From contig CP066693.1 in assembly GCA_016432525.1 (NCBI GenBank), positions 352,815 to 416,814 on the forward strand: DNA of 64,000 bases. Direction: 5' to 3'. The translations under genes and the position numbers were made by a program. Of this stretch, positions 9,521 through 18,887 are shown piece after piece. The notes under the pieces are model-generated. The model searched no databases and was not told where the DNA came from. It saw only the letters and a program-made list of their open reading frames with translations. Source of the stretch: Candidatus Woesebacteria bacterium (GTDB lineage Bacteria > Patescibacteriota > Microgenomatia > UBA8517). Within the stretch, counting starts at the first letter, position 1; each line of letters opens with the position of its first letter.

Positions 9521-9591
9521 CTGCGGGATAGGGATTCGAACCCCAATATGCAGATCCAGATTCTGCTGTCCTACCATTAGACGATCCCGCA
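9521..9591 (-). tRNA. tRNA-Gln (anticodon CUG)
   Basis: Minus-strand sequence TGCGGGATCGTCTAATGGTAGGACAGCAGAATCTGGATCTGCATATTGGGGTTCGAATCCCTATCCCGCA folds as a cloverleaf. U1:A72 and G73 discriminator are typical of bacterial tRNA-Gln. Anticodon loop AUCUGGA. T-loop TTCGAAT. CCA is not encoded. Confidence 0.8.
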
Positions 9592-9676
9592 ATATAGCCA
9601 TATTTTACTCTAAATAGGCTTAATATGCTAATATACTTATATCGATTTGCAGCTTAAAAACCTAAGGAAGAAATCA

Positions 9677-9931
9677 ATGGAAAAGCCAAAGATTAGAGAT
9701 CGAGTACTCTGGAAAATATGGGCAGTAGTTGCAATAGTTACCTTTGCTACACTTGCCGTGAATATGGCAAACTTTTTGATTCTTAAACCTGATAGTTTAA
9801 CAATAGTCGTACCTATCTTGTTTTTAATCATAGCTTTCCAAATTATTGGAACAGTTATAGCAACTATCTTGTCCATCAGGTATAAAAAAGGGATTGGAAT
9901 CCGTAAAAAGAAGAAGTTAATTCAAGAATGA
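9677..9931 (+). CDS. Small membrane protein (84 aa)
   Basis: aaggaag SD then ATG at 9677. Two hydrophobic helices, basic C-terminus. A hairpin (CCTGACAGA...TCTGTCAGG) follows. Confidence 0.45.
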   Translation: MEKPKIRDRVLWKIWAVVAIVTFATLAVNMANFLILKPDSLTIVVPILFLIIAFQIIGTVIATILSIRYKKGIGIRKKKKLIQE

Positions 9932-10021
9932 CCATAACCTGACAGAAAAGGTATCATAGATATCGGCTCTGTCAGGATAATATTTCTTTCCAACTCAATA
10001 ATCTGTACAATTATTGAACAG

Positions 10022-10678
10022 GTGCCAAAAAAGCAAAAAAATCTAAAAACCTTTGTTCTTGCCTTAAGCGCTATAAGCCTTTTTTTATTTTTAATTCTTT
10101 CTTATTTTGTAAGTATTGATAGTCTTGCCTTAAACAATTTTGATCTCTCCCTTACTGTCAATCTTCAAAAGCTAATTCCCAAATCCTTTGACACAACTCT
10201 TTCATTTTTAAGCATTATTGGCACATTTGAAATAATCACTATTTTTTTGATTATTGCCCTAACCAAAATCAAATCCACCAAAAACAAAATAATAATCCTT
10301 GTTCTTTATGTTGTTGGTTCAAGCATTGAGCTAATTCAAAAACTTGCAGTTTATCACCCAACTCCTCCAGCAAATTTCTTTCGCTATAACTTAAGATTTC
10401 TCTTTCCAAGTGGTTTTGTCCAAACAGGTGACTCTTTCCCCTCAGGCCATGCTTTTCGAACAGTTTTTTTGCTCACAATAATTGGCTTTATTCTTCTTAC
10501 TAAAAAATACAAATCAGAAAATAACAAATACTTTCATTTTTTTATTTTGCTATTATTTTTAGTTGCCATGCTTATCTCAAGAGTAAGCTTAGGCGAGCAC
10601 TGGGCCACAGATGTAATAGGAGGAGCGCTTCTAGCTTTTAGTTTTTCCCTTATATCAGTATATAAATGTCTTATCTAA
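10022..10678 (+). CDS. PAP2-family membrane phosphatase (phosphatidic-acid / undecaprenyl-diphosphate phosphatase-like)
   Basis: Multi-TM protein with PAP2 signature residues GDSFPSGHA and HWATDVIGG. Confidence 0.65.
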   Translation: MPKKQKNLKTFVLALSAISLFLFLILSYFVSIDSLALNNFDLSLTVNLQKLIPKSFDTTLSFLSIIGTFEIITIFLIIALTKIKSTKNKIIILVLYVVGSSIELIQKLAVYHPTPPANFFRYNLRFLFPSGFVQTGDSFPSGHAFRTVFLLTIIGFILLTKKYKSENNKYFHFFILLLFLVAMLISRVSLGEHWATDVIGGALLAFSFSLISVYKCLI

Positions 10679-11310
10679 GCTTATTTTTTTTAGAATTTTT
10701 AATAATTTTCAAACTCTCACGCGTCCTACTTCAAAAACTTTTTAGTTTTTTCTTTAAAATAACCAAAAACGAAAAACTATCAATTTATATCATTGCAATT
10801 ATTTTCCTTCCAGGAACTTTTATTCACGAAATGTCTCATTTCTTGTTCGCTCTATTTCTTTTAGTAAAAACAGGCAGACTTAGAATCTTGCCTCAAATCG
10901 AAGGAAAAGAAATTCGCCTAGGGAGTTTAGAAATAGGGAAAACCGATATTTTAAGGCGAAACCTTATAGGAATTGCCCCAATGGTTATAGGAATTGCAAT
11001 TATAGTTACGCTTTTATATTTAATAACTCAAAATCACTCAAATCCTTTTTATGTTTTTTTAACTGCCTTTTCAGTTTTTGAAATCTCAAATACTATGTAT
11101 TCAAGCAAAAAAGATTTAGAGTTAGCACTACCTCTGATTATTCTTTTTATAATGCTTTCAGTTGTTTTATATATCTTAAAAGTCAAAATCTCAATCAACC
11201 TTTTTCAGATACTTTCAAACGAAAAGTTGACATACTTGCTAAAATTAGCAGATATATATTTAGGCTTGCCGATATTTATTAACTCTGCCCTCGCAATAAT
11301 TTTAAGATGA
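10666..11310 (+). CDS. Integral membrane protein with HExxH motif (putative membrane metalloprotease-like)
   Basis: FIHEMSHFLFALF, an HExxH embedded in a TM segment, in a polytopic membrane protein. Confidence 0.4.
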   Translation: MSYLSLFFLEFLIIFKLSRVLLQKLFSFFFKITKNEKLSIYIIAIIFLPGTFIHEMSHFLFALFLLVKTGRLRILPQIEGKEIRLGSLEIGKTDILRRNLIGIAPMVIGIAIIVTLLYLITQNHSNPFYVFLTAFSVFEISNTMYSSKKDLELALPLIILFIMLSVVLYILKVKISINLFQILSNEKLTYLLKLADIYLGLPIFINSALAIILR

Positions 11311-12413
11311 AAAACTTTGTAGATTTTATCCAATTTTCTTATAAAAATTTTGTAAGAAAAATCTTTTTTGCTTTCGATTCAGAAGCCATTCACGAATTCA
11401 TGCTCGATAATGGCGAATTTGTAGGGAAAGTGACACCATTAAAATTTATATTTAATTACAAAGATAAATCCCTAAATCAAGAAATTGCTGGAATAAAATT
11501 CGCCTCTCCAATAGGTTTGTCAGCAGGTTTTGACTACAAGGCAAAGCTTCCAAATGCCTTGCCCTTACTAGGTTTTGGTTTTGGCAGCCTGGGAACAATT
11601 ACAAATAAAGCCTATGAAGGAAATCCATTGCCGCGCTTGGGTCGCTTAGTTAAAACAAAATCTTTAATGGTAAACAAAGGTTTCAAAAACGAAGGAATAG
11701 ATAAAATTCTTAAAAAAGTTAAAAACCAAAAATTCAGCATTCCAATTGGGCTAAGTATCGGAAAAACAAACGAATCAAAAATGAATCAGAAAGAGGGGAT
11801 GGTAGATATCGTATCAGCTTTTAAAAAAGCAGAAAAATCAAAAACCAACTTTAGCTATTACGAACTAAACATAAGCTGCCCCAATCTTCTAGGGGGAGTT
11901 GAATTCTACTCACCCAAAAAACTAAATGATCTTCTAAAAGCAGTAATCGCGCTTAAACTCAAAAAACCTCTTTTTGTCAAAATGCCGATCTCAAAAACAA
12001 ATAAAGAAATTGATGAAATGCTAAAAGTGATCACAAAATTCAAAGTGGGAGCCGTAATTTTTGGAAATTTACAAAAAGACAGATCTGATAAAAGTTTTGT
12101 CAAAAGCGAGCTTGCAAAGTTTCCAATTGGCAATTTTAGTGGAATTCCAACCCAAAAAAGATCAAACGAATTAATTCATTTTGCTTATAAAAAATACGGC
12201 AAAAAAATTAAAATAATCGGCTGCGGGGGAGTATTTAACGCTAATGATGCCTATAAAAAAATAAAACTCGGGGCATCTTTGATTCAACTAATAACAGGCC
12301 TCGTTTTTGAAGGTCCATTTTTGCCAGCAAAAATCAATTTTGATCTTAAAAATTTACTTGAAAAAGATGGCTACAAATCCCTTCAAGATGCAGTCGGAAG
12401 TTTTAATAAATAG
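11307..12413 (+). CDS. pyrD: Dihydroorotate dehydrogenase family protein
   Basis: Active-site motif NISCPN. C-terminal GCGGVFNANDAYKKIKLGASLIQ, a TIM-barrel FMN-binding tail typical of DHODH/DHPD. Confidence 0.6.
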   Translation: MKNFVDFIQFSYKNFVRKIFFAFDSEAIHEFMLDNGEFVGKVTPLKFIFNYKDKSLNQEIAGIKFASPIGLSAGFDYKAKLPNALPLLGFGFGSLGTITNKAYEGNPLPRLGRLVKTKSLMVNKGFKNEGIDKILKKVKNQKFSIPIGLSIGKTNESKMNQKEGMVDIVSAFKKAEKSKTNFSYYELNISCPNLLGGVEFYSPKKLNDLLKAVIALKLKKPLFVKMPISKTNKEIDEMLKVITKFKVGAVIFGNLQKDRSDKSFVKSELAKFPIGNFSGIPTQKRSNELIHFAYKKYGKKIKIIGCGGVFNANDAYKKIKLGASLIQLITGLVFEGPFLPAKINFDLKNLLEKDGYKSLQDAVGSFNK

Positions 12414-13188
12414 GTGAAGCCGAGGATGAAACAGTTTTATTTATTTGTCTAAATCCTATTAAGATCACTCTAATTTTTTGAATATCAAACCTCACATTAT
12501 TCAAATCCAACAATGCATTTTTTAGCATGCTTCTTGCAGATTGCAAGGCTTGAGTATTGGCACTCATTTTAGAAGCATCTCCACCATCTGGGGTAAGATT
12601 AGAAACTGTATCTATCGCATTTTGTGCTTGAGTTTTAGCGTCAATAAGTTTTGTTTGAATCTCAGATATGATTGAATTAGTAGAAGATATATCTTTTCCG
12701 TTTTTTTGTTTTGCACTATCAATTAATTTTTGAATTTTTGTCACAAGTGCTGATAAATCATCTGAAATCTCCAAAATTCTATCAGCTGAAGCTACAATTC
12801 TAAATTTTGGAATAAAAAGCCAATAAACTCTATATTCTGTCAAAATTGATTTTTTGTCAGTAAGCAAAATTTCCGGGTCAGTATCAGCATCTATTTTAGC
12901 TTTCAAATTAGTCAAAGAAGTAATTTCAGATTGTATTTGGGATAAGAAAGCACTTTTTTGTGAATCAGATATTTTTTTCATAGCTTGTATTCTTGTTATT
13001 AGATTATTTAATGAAGTTATTCTTCTTTCTATTTCTTGATCAGCACGATCTGTTAAAAGTTCTTGTCTTTTTTGACCAGACCTATCTTTCAAATTAGAAG
13101 CAGGAGAACCTGTTTGCGCAAAAGCATTAGAAGCAATAACAAAACTACTCAAAATAAAAAATCCTGATACTATTATTTTTTTATTCAT
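12403..13188 (-). CDS. Secreted coiled-coil protein (hypothetical)
   Basis: Signal peptide MNKKIIVSGFFILSSFVIASNAFA followed by heptad-like Q/K/L/I-rich sequence. Confidence 0.5.
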   Translation of the reverse strand: MNKKIIVSGFFILSSFVIASNAFAQTGSPASNLKDRSGQKRQELLTDRADQEIERRITSLNNLITRIQAMKKISDSQKSAFLSQIQSEITSLTNLKAKIDADTDPEILLTDKKSILTEYRVYWLFIPKFRIVASADRILEISDDLSALVTKIQKLIDSAKQKNGKDISSTNSIISEIQTKLIDAKTQAQNAIDTVSNLTPDGGDASKMSANTQALQSARSMLKNALLDLNNVRFDIQKIRVILIGFRQINKTVSSSASPIY

Positions 13189-13189
13189 A

Positions 13190-13498
13190 TTACTGTACAG
13201 TAATTGCCTTATCGTTTAATCCTGCATCTACATTATTCAAATCAGTATTCAAATCATTCATTTTTTGATCAATCTTTTGCGAATCGCTATCTAGTCCATC
13301 TCCAAGCGGGGAAGAGGTGGCAACAGGTTGGTTTGGAGTGGTTTGCGAATTTTCTCCTGAATTTACTTGTTGGCTAACTTGATTGTTAGATTGATTTGTA
13401 TTCATGCTATATTTCAATACAAAAAAAGTAACCAAAGCAAAAAGAGCAAGCCCAACAACTAAAATTACAGCACCAAATCCACCAAACTTATCACGCAT
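13190..13498 (-). CDS. Small membrane-anchored protein (hypothetical)
   Basis: N-terminal TM (GAVILVVGLALFALVTFFVL) then a low-complexity N/Q/S-rich tail. Confidence 0.4.
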   Translation of the reverse strand: MRDKFGGFGAVILVVGLALFALVTFFVLKYSMNTNQSNNQVSQQVNSGENSQTTPNQPVATSSPLGDGLDSDSQKIDQKMNDLNTDLNNVDAGLNDKAITVQ

Positions 13499-13570
13499 AA
13501 ATGTATTTAAACATACAGATCAAGATAGTGTCAACTTTCAAATCTCTCTCTTTTATCTTAAAATATGTGA

Positions 13571-14458
13571 ATGAAAAATAATTCGTATCAGAAAATTCTA
13601 AATTTTTCCAAAAGCTCGGGAGTGTCAGTAAAACAAATTCTTGATTTCCTTTTTTCAAAAAATGATAAAAGTTTAGCTAAAAGTATTGTTGATGACATCA
13701 AAAAAGAAAAATTTGAAAACAGCAATCTAACATTTAAAAATTTCAAATTCCAAGATTATTTCTTTGAATTTCTAAAAGACGAAAATTTTAAAAATTCGTA
13801 TCTAGTTCTCCAAAAATATCAAAAATACTTTCCCAAACCCAATAGAAAACTAGATCAGTTTTTAGCTAAACCTCAAACTGTTGCAAAAAGAGCCTCCCTT
13901 TTGAATTTTCTAAATGATTTAGAAAGCAAAAAAATTTTATTTTTGGGAGATGACGATTTTGGATCAGTTGCATCATCAAAGATAAATAATGCGGAGCAGG
14001 TTACAGTTTTAGATATAGATAACAGAATTCTTCATTCGATTAAAAATATTTCAAATTTAGAAAAATTAAACATAGAGACCTTCAAATATGATGTAAAATT
14101 TCCTCTTCCCGATAAATTCACTAAAAAATATGATGTAGTTTTTGCTGATCCTCCATACACTCCAAAAGGTTTTAATTTGTTTTTATCAAGGGCAATCGAC
14201 GCCTTGGATTTGAGAAATAATTCAGCCCGAATTTATATTTGTTTTGGAAATTCTGATCGAGCCCGAGAAAGATTCTTGCCTATTTATGATATTTTACAAA
14301 AATCAGGACTTATGATTAGATTTATTTTTGACAAATTTAATGTTTATCAAGGAGCAGACTCTATTGGAAATGCAAGTAGTCTTTTTATTTGTGACGTGAC
14401 TCCTAAAACCAAAAGCTTACTGAAAGGAAAAATTAACGATGACATTTATACAGGATAA
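13571..14458 (+). CDS. DUF43/BpsA-like aminopropyltransferase (putative polyamine synthase)
   Basis: LFLGDDDFGS (the GDDD motif of the DUF43 family) and FADPPYTP (DPPY motif). Overlaps the downstream AdoMetDC gene by 20 nt. Confidence 0.55.
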   Translation: MKNNSYQKILNFSKSSGVSVKQILDFLFSKNDKSLAKSIVDDIKKEKFENSNLTFKNFKFQDYFFEFLKDENFKNSYLVLQKYQKYFPKPNRKLDQFLAKPQTVAKRASLLNFLNDLESKKILFLGDDDFGSVASSKINNAEQVTVLDIDNRILHSIKNISNLEKLNIETFKYDVKFPLPDKFTKKYDVVFADPPYTPKGFNLFLSRAIDALDLRNNSARIYICFGNSDRARERFLPIYDILQKSGLMIRFIFDKFNVYQGADSIGNASSLFICDVTPKTKSLLKGKINDDIYTG

Positions 14459-14780
14459 TTTACCACTCATATATCATTTTATCGTCAAAGTTAAATTTGA
14501 AGAAGGTTTTCAAGATTCTGAAAAATTCATCGAAGAGGTTGGAACTTCTATATCCAAAATTTTAGATATCACTATTGTTAAAAAAGACTTTCATAAATTT
14601 GAGCCCCATGGAATTACTTACATTTTTATTCTTTCTCAATCTCATTTGGTGATTCACACATATCCAGAATATAATCTAATTCATATAGATCTTTTAAGTT
14701 GCAAAAAACTAACAAAGGATTTGTTTGAAGATGCACTTAAAGCAGTATTCCGAAATCAAAAATTTATGTTATACTACTGA
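14439..14780 (+). CDS. speH: S-adenosylmethionine decarboxylase proenzyme (small SpeH-type, pyruvoyl-dependent)
   Basis: ILSQSHLVIHTYPE matches the AdoMetDC self-processing/active-site block (ESHxSIHTWPE). About 113 aa as expected. The residue before the Ser is Q rather than the usual E. Confidence 0.6.
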   Translation: MTFIQDNLPLIYHFIVKVKFEEGFQDSEKFIEEVGTSISKILDITIVKKDFHKFEPHGITYIFILSQSHLVIHTYPEYNLIHIDLLSCKKLTKDLFEDALKAVFRNQKFMLYY

Positions 14781-14784
14781 CATC

Positions 14785-15471
14785 ATGGCTTCCAAAAGAA
14801 AAACAACTAAAACCAAAACACCTCAAAAAGTAAAACTACCAAAAGTCAATTTCAATTTTAAAAACTTAAAAGAAAAATTCCCAAAAATAAAAATCAATAA
14901 AAAATATATAGGCGGTGCTCTTTTAGCAATAATCCTAGGAATAACTTTTTTCCGTTTCAAAAATTTGGTAGTTGCAGCCATGGTAAATGGTGAGCCTATT
15001 TCTAGATTCAAAATAATTTCAGAATTAGAAAAACGCTCAGGAAGCCAGGCTCTTGATTCAATCATAACTCAAACATTAATTTCTCAAGAAGCAAAAAAAC
15101 AAAATATTAATGTAACTCAAACGGAAATTGACAACCAGATAAACTCTTTAGAGAACAGCTTAAAATCCCAAGGTCAAGACTTAAATAGCGCTCTAGCAAC
15201 GCAAGGTATGACAAAGGAGGACCTAATAACCCAGATTTCTCTACAAAAAATGGTCGAAAAATTAGTCGGAAAAGATATAGAAATCAAAGATCAGCAAATT
15301 GATGATTACATAAAGGCAAATAAAGACACTTTTCCAAAAGACGAAAAACCCGAAGATATTAGATCAAAAGTCAAAAATCAGCTTTTTCAACAAGCTCTTT
15401 CTCAAAAATTCCAAACTTGGATAACAGATCTTAAATCAAAGGCCCACATCACGTATTTCATCAAATACTAA
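14785..15471 (+). CDS. SurA-N/PrsA-like periplasmic chaperone domain protein
   Basis: Basic N-terminus, one TM, then MVNGEPISRFKIISELEKRSGSQALDSIITQTLISQEAKK, resembling the SurA N-terminal chaperone domain. Confidence 0.45.
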   Translation: MASKRKTTKTKTPQKVKLPKVNFNFKNLKEKFPKIKINKKYIGGALLAIILGITFFRFKNLVVAAMVNGEPISRFKIISELEKRSGSQALDSIITQTLISQEAKKQNINVTQTEIDNQINSLENSLKSQGQDLNSALATQGMTKEDLITQISLQKMVEKLVGKDIEIKDQQIDDYIKANKDTFPKDEKPEDIRSKVKNQLFQQALSQKFQTWITDLKSKAHITYFIKY

Positions 15472-15484
15472 AAACTCTCTCATT

Positions 15485-15712
15485 TTGAAGAAAAAGCAAA
15501 AATTTTACGAGCATAAAGGTCGATCCGTTATTAAAGCGTTAACTTTTCGCTTCTTAATTTTATGCTCAGACAGTATTATAATTTTCGCTATAACTAAAAG
15601 GTTAGATTTAACCATAGGTGTGATCACACTTTCAAATGTTGCAAGTACACTAATTTATTTTTTGCACGAAAGGTTATGGAACCACATTCATTGGGGAAAG
15701 GTTTTACAATAA
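15485..15712 (+). CDS. Small membrane protein (DUF2061-like)
   Basis: Two hydrophobic helices (FRFLILCSDSIIIFAI, IGVITLSNVASTLIYFL). Confidence 0.35.
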   Translation: MKKKQKFYEHKGRSVIKALTFRFLILCSDSIIIFAITKRLDLTIGVITLSNVASTLIYFLHERLWNHIHWGKVLQ

Positions 15713-15715
15713 AAC

Positions 15716-16468
15716 ATGAATATTTTTCAATCAATAATTCTCTCAATCGTTGAAGGAATAACAGAATTTTTACCGATCTCATCAACCGGCCACTTGATTC
15801 TCACAAGTCAAATTCTAAAAATCGCTCAAACTGATTTTGTAAAAACTTTTGAAATTGCTATTCAACTTGGCGCAATTATGTCAGTAGTTTTTCTTTATTG
15901 GCAAAAAATTATTAAAAGTAAAACCCTCTGGAAAGAAATTCTTGCAAGTTTTATTCCAACTGCAGTAATTGGCTTTATTTTTTTTAAATTAATCAAAAAT
16001 TATTTACTTGGAAATTCGCATGTGGTAGTTATCTCTCTAATAATAGGTGGTATAGCCCTCATTATTTTTGAAAAATATATAAAACTCAAAAAGAAAAAAC
16101 CAACTCTCAAGGATTATTTTTTAATTGGAATCTTCCAGGCAATTGCTGTAATTCCTGGAGTCTCAAGAGCTGCTGCTACTATAATTGGAGGAGAACTGGT
16201 AGGTCTTGATAAAAAAGAAGCTGTCGAATTTTCGTTTTTGCTTGCAGCTCCAACCATGTTTGCGGCTACAGCCCTCGATCTGGTCAAAAGTGGTTTCAGC
16301 TTTACAGGAAACGAAATTTTAATCATGGCAGTTGGTTTTATTGGAGCATTTGTTACAGCCACTCTAACTATTAAAGCATTCATAAAATTTATTCAGAAAA
16401 ATAATTTTGTAGGTTTTGGAATCTACAGAATTATCGTCGGCCTCATTTTCCTGCTATACTTGGGCTGA
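15716..16468 (+). CDS. uppP: Undecaprenyl-diphosphatase
   Basis: N-terminal VEGITEFLPISSTGHL and multi-TM BacA/UppP architecture. Confidence 0.8.
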   Translation: MNIFQSIILSIVEGITEFLPISSTGHLILTSQILKIAQTDFVKTFEIAIQLGAIMSVVFLYWQKIIKSKTLWKEILASFIPTAVIGFIFFKLIKNYLLGNSHVVVISLIIGGIALIIFEKYIKLKKKKPTLKDYFLIGIFQAIAVIPGVSRAAATIIGGELVGLDKKEAVEFSFLLAAPTMFAATALDLVKSGFSFTGNEILIMAVGFIGAFVTATLTIKAFIKFIQKNNFVGFGIYRIIVGLIFLLYLG

Positions 16469-16471
16469 TTT

Positions 16472-17722
16472 ATGAACCCAAATCATTTTGGTCCAGAGAC
16501 CAGAAAGTCTCTTACAAACTTTCCCTTCCCAAATCATAAGGTATATTTGGAACTTGTCTACGAAATTGTAAAGATCAAAAAAGCAGCTGCTCTTTCAAAC
16601 GCTAAAGTTGGACTCTTGGAAAAAGAAAAGGGCAAATCAATTGTTAAAGCCTGTAATGTCATATTAGATGGAAAATACGATCACGAGTTTATAACCAGTG
16701 CAATTCAAGGAGGAGCAGGCACATCCCTTAATATGAATGTTAACGAAGTAATAGCAAATCTTTCTCATACAAAAGCCTTAAAAGACGTAAATAAATGCCA
16801 ATCCACAAACGATGTAAATCCGTCAGCTCTTAGATTGGTTTGTTTAAATCTTTCAGATCTTTTAATCAAAAACTTAGATAAGCTGATTATAGAATTTGAA
16901 AAAAAGGCAAGAACTTATAAAAATTTCCAAAAACTTGCACGAACTCACATGCAAGATGCTATCTCTATAAATTTCGGTGATGAATTCAAATCCTATTCAT
17001 ACACTCTCAAAAAAGATAAAGAAAGGATAGCTAAATCAAGATCAAACCTTTTTGAACTCAACTTGGGAGGTACTGCAGTAGGAAATAGTATTAATGCTCC
17101 CCAAAAATACATTGAAAATATTTACAAAATTCTTAAAAAAATAACCAATTTAGAAATTTACAAATCCCAAAATTTCATGTCACTTACATCAAGTAGCTCC
17201 GATTTTTGTGAGCTTTCTTCATCCCTTAATATTCTTTTTACAGATTTATCAAAAATTGCAACGGACCTTCGATTCTTATCAAGTGGCCCAAAAGGAGGAA
17301 TTGGAGAAATCACTCTAAAAGAGCTCCAAAATGGGTCATCAATTATGCCGGGGAAAGTAAATCCTGTGATTCCTGAAAGCATTAATCAAGTAGCATATAT
17401 AATCTCGGCTAACAATGAAACAATTCATCAAGCAGCAAGGGATTCAAGTCTTGAACTCTCAATTATGTTCCCAATTATCGCAGATTCTTTAATCACCTCG
17501 CTCAAATTTTCAATTACAGCTGTTGAAATTTTCTCCAAAAAATGCATTAAAACTCTAAAAGTCAATAAAAACAAAACAACTAAAAACTTAAACGAATCTT
17601 TTGCAAGTGCAATATATCTAACAAATGAATTAGGCTACGCCAAAGTTTCAAAAATTGTTAAAAAAGCTCTAAAGCAAGATAAACCTCTTAAAAATTTTAT
17701 TCATACCTCAAGGATTGTATAG
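16472..17722 (+). CDS. Aspartate ammonia-lyase / class II fumarase family protein
   Basis: GGAGTSLNMNVNEV plus lyase signature GSSIMPGKVNP and NKCQSTND. Confidence 0.7.
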   Translation: MNPNHFGPETRKSLTNFPFPNHKVYLELVYEIVKIKKAAALSNAKVGLLEKEKGKSIVKACNVILDGKYDHEFITSAIQGGAGTSLNMNVNEVIANLSHTKALKDVNKCQSTNDVNPSALRLVCLNLSDLLIKNLDKLIIEFEKKARTYKNFQKLARTHMQDAISINFGDEFKSYSYTLKKDKERIAKSRSNLFELNLGGTAVGNSINAPQKYIENIYKILKKITNLEIYKSQNFMSLTSSSSDFCELSSSLNILFTDLSKIATDLRFLSSGPKGGIGEITLKELQNGSSIMPGKVNPVIPESINQVAYIISANNETIHQAARDSSLELSIMFPIIADSLITSLKFSITAVEIFSKKCIKTLKVNKNKTTKNLNESFASAIYLTNELGYAKVSKIVKKALKQDKPLKNFIHTSRIV

Positions 17723-18887
17723 GATCTAGTTTTGAAGCGCTAATCGCCGGCGCAACACCAAATATCACACCTACAATCATTGAAAATCCAAAAGAAAGTC
17801 CAATGGACCAAATTGGAACATATGTCGTTATAAAGTGATTAATTATTGTCGAGAAAAATATTCCAAGTATAATTCCTACAATCCCACCAATTGAAGAAAG
17901 CGCCACCGCTTCAACCAAGAATTGATTGCGAATATCATTAGGTTTAGCCCCCAGTGCCTTTCTAAGTCCAATCTCTCGCGTACGCTCAGTTACAGAGACA
18001 AGCATGATATTCATAACACCAATCCCCCCAACCAAAAGTGAAATTGCAGCAATTCCTCCAAGAGCTATAGTCAAAACTCCTGTAATCTGAGCAACAGTTG
18101 ATAAAGTCTGCTCTTGAGTCATAATACTAAAATCATCCTCAGAAAGTCTCTTTCCAAGTATTTGAACTGCCCTGACTTCGACTAATTTAACTTGTTCAGG
18201 ATTGTTAGCCGCTATATAAATCGTATTAGGATTAGTAATTCCAAATTGTCGCTGTGCGGAAGATAAAGGAATATAAACTACATTATCTTCATCTATTCCA
18301 AAAGTTGAGCCACGAGGAGCTATAACTCCAACAACTTGGTACTTAATTCCAGAAACATCAATGTTTTTTCCAATAGGGTCAGAATTAAAAAGTTTAGTTA
18401 CTACTGTTTTGCCAATAACTGCAACATGCCTTCCTCCATCGGCTTGTGATTGACTAAAAAATTGACCTTGATCAAATTTAATCGCTGTAATAAGCCTTGT
18501 ATAATTTGACTCAACTCCAGCAATTGTCACATTACGATCATTTTTGTTTCCATTTTTAACTGTTCCAACTTTTTGAATAATGGCAGAGACCTCTGCTTGT
18601 CCAAGTAGTTTAGTCTTCAAATTTGTCGAATCTGCCAAAAGTAACTTATTTGCTTGTATACCTCCAGGTCCTCTCCCACCGCCGATTTTTCCAGGTATTA
18701 CAAACATCAAGTTTGATCCCAATCCTTGAATTTGCTCTGTTATATAAATCTGAAGTCCCGAAACAACAGAAACCAAAAGAATTACAGACATAACTCCAAT
18801 TACAATTCCCAAAATTGTTAAAAAAGATCTCAAACGATTCGCAAGTATTGCAGTAAATGAAGATCTAATTGTCTCATTTATATCCAT
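17697..18887 (-). CDS. ABC transporter permease, MacB/FtsX-like
   Basis: N-terminal TM, large periplasmic domain, C-terminal FtsX-type four-helix permease. Confidence 0.7.
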   Translation of the reverse strand: MDINETIRSSFTAILANRLRSFLTILGIVIGVMSVILLVSVVSGLQIYITEQIQGLGSNLMFVIPGKIGGGRGPGGIQANKLLLADSTNLKTKLLGQAEVSAIIQKVGTVKNGNKNDRNVTIAGVESNYTRLITAIKFDQGQFFSQSQADGGRHVAVIGKTVVTKLFNSDPIGKNIDVSGIKYQVVGVIAPRGSTFGIDEDNVVYIPLSSAQRQFGITNPNTIYIAANNPEQVKLVEVRAVQILGKRLSEDDFSIMTQEQTLSTVAQITGVLTIALGGIAAISLLVGGIGVMNIMLVSVTERTREIGLRKALGAKPNDIRNQFLVEAVALSSIGGIVGIILGIFFSTIINHFITTYVPIWSIGLSFGFSMIVGVIFGVAPAISASKLDPIQSLRYE

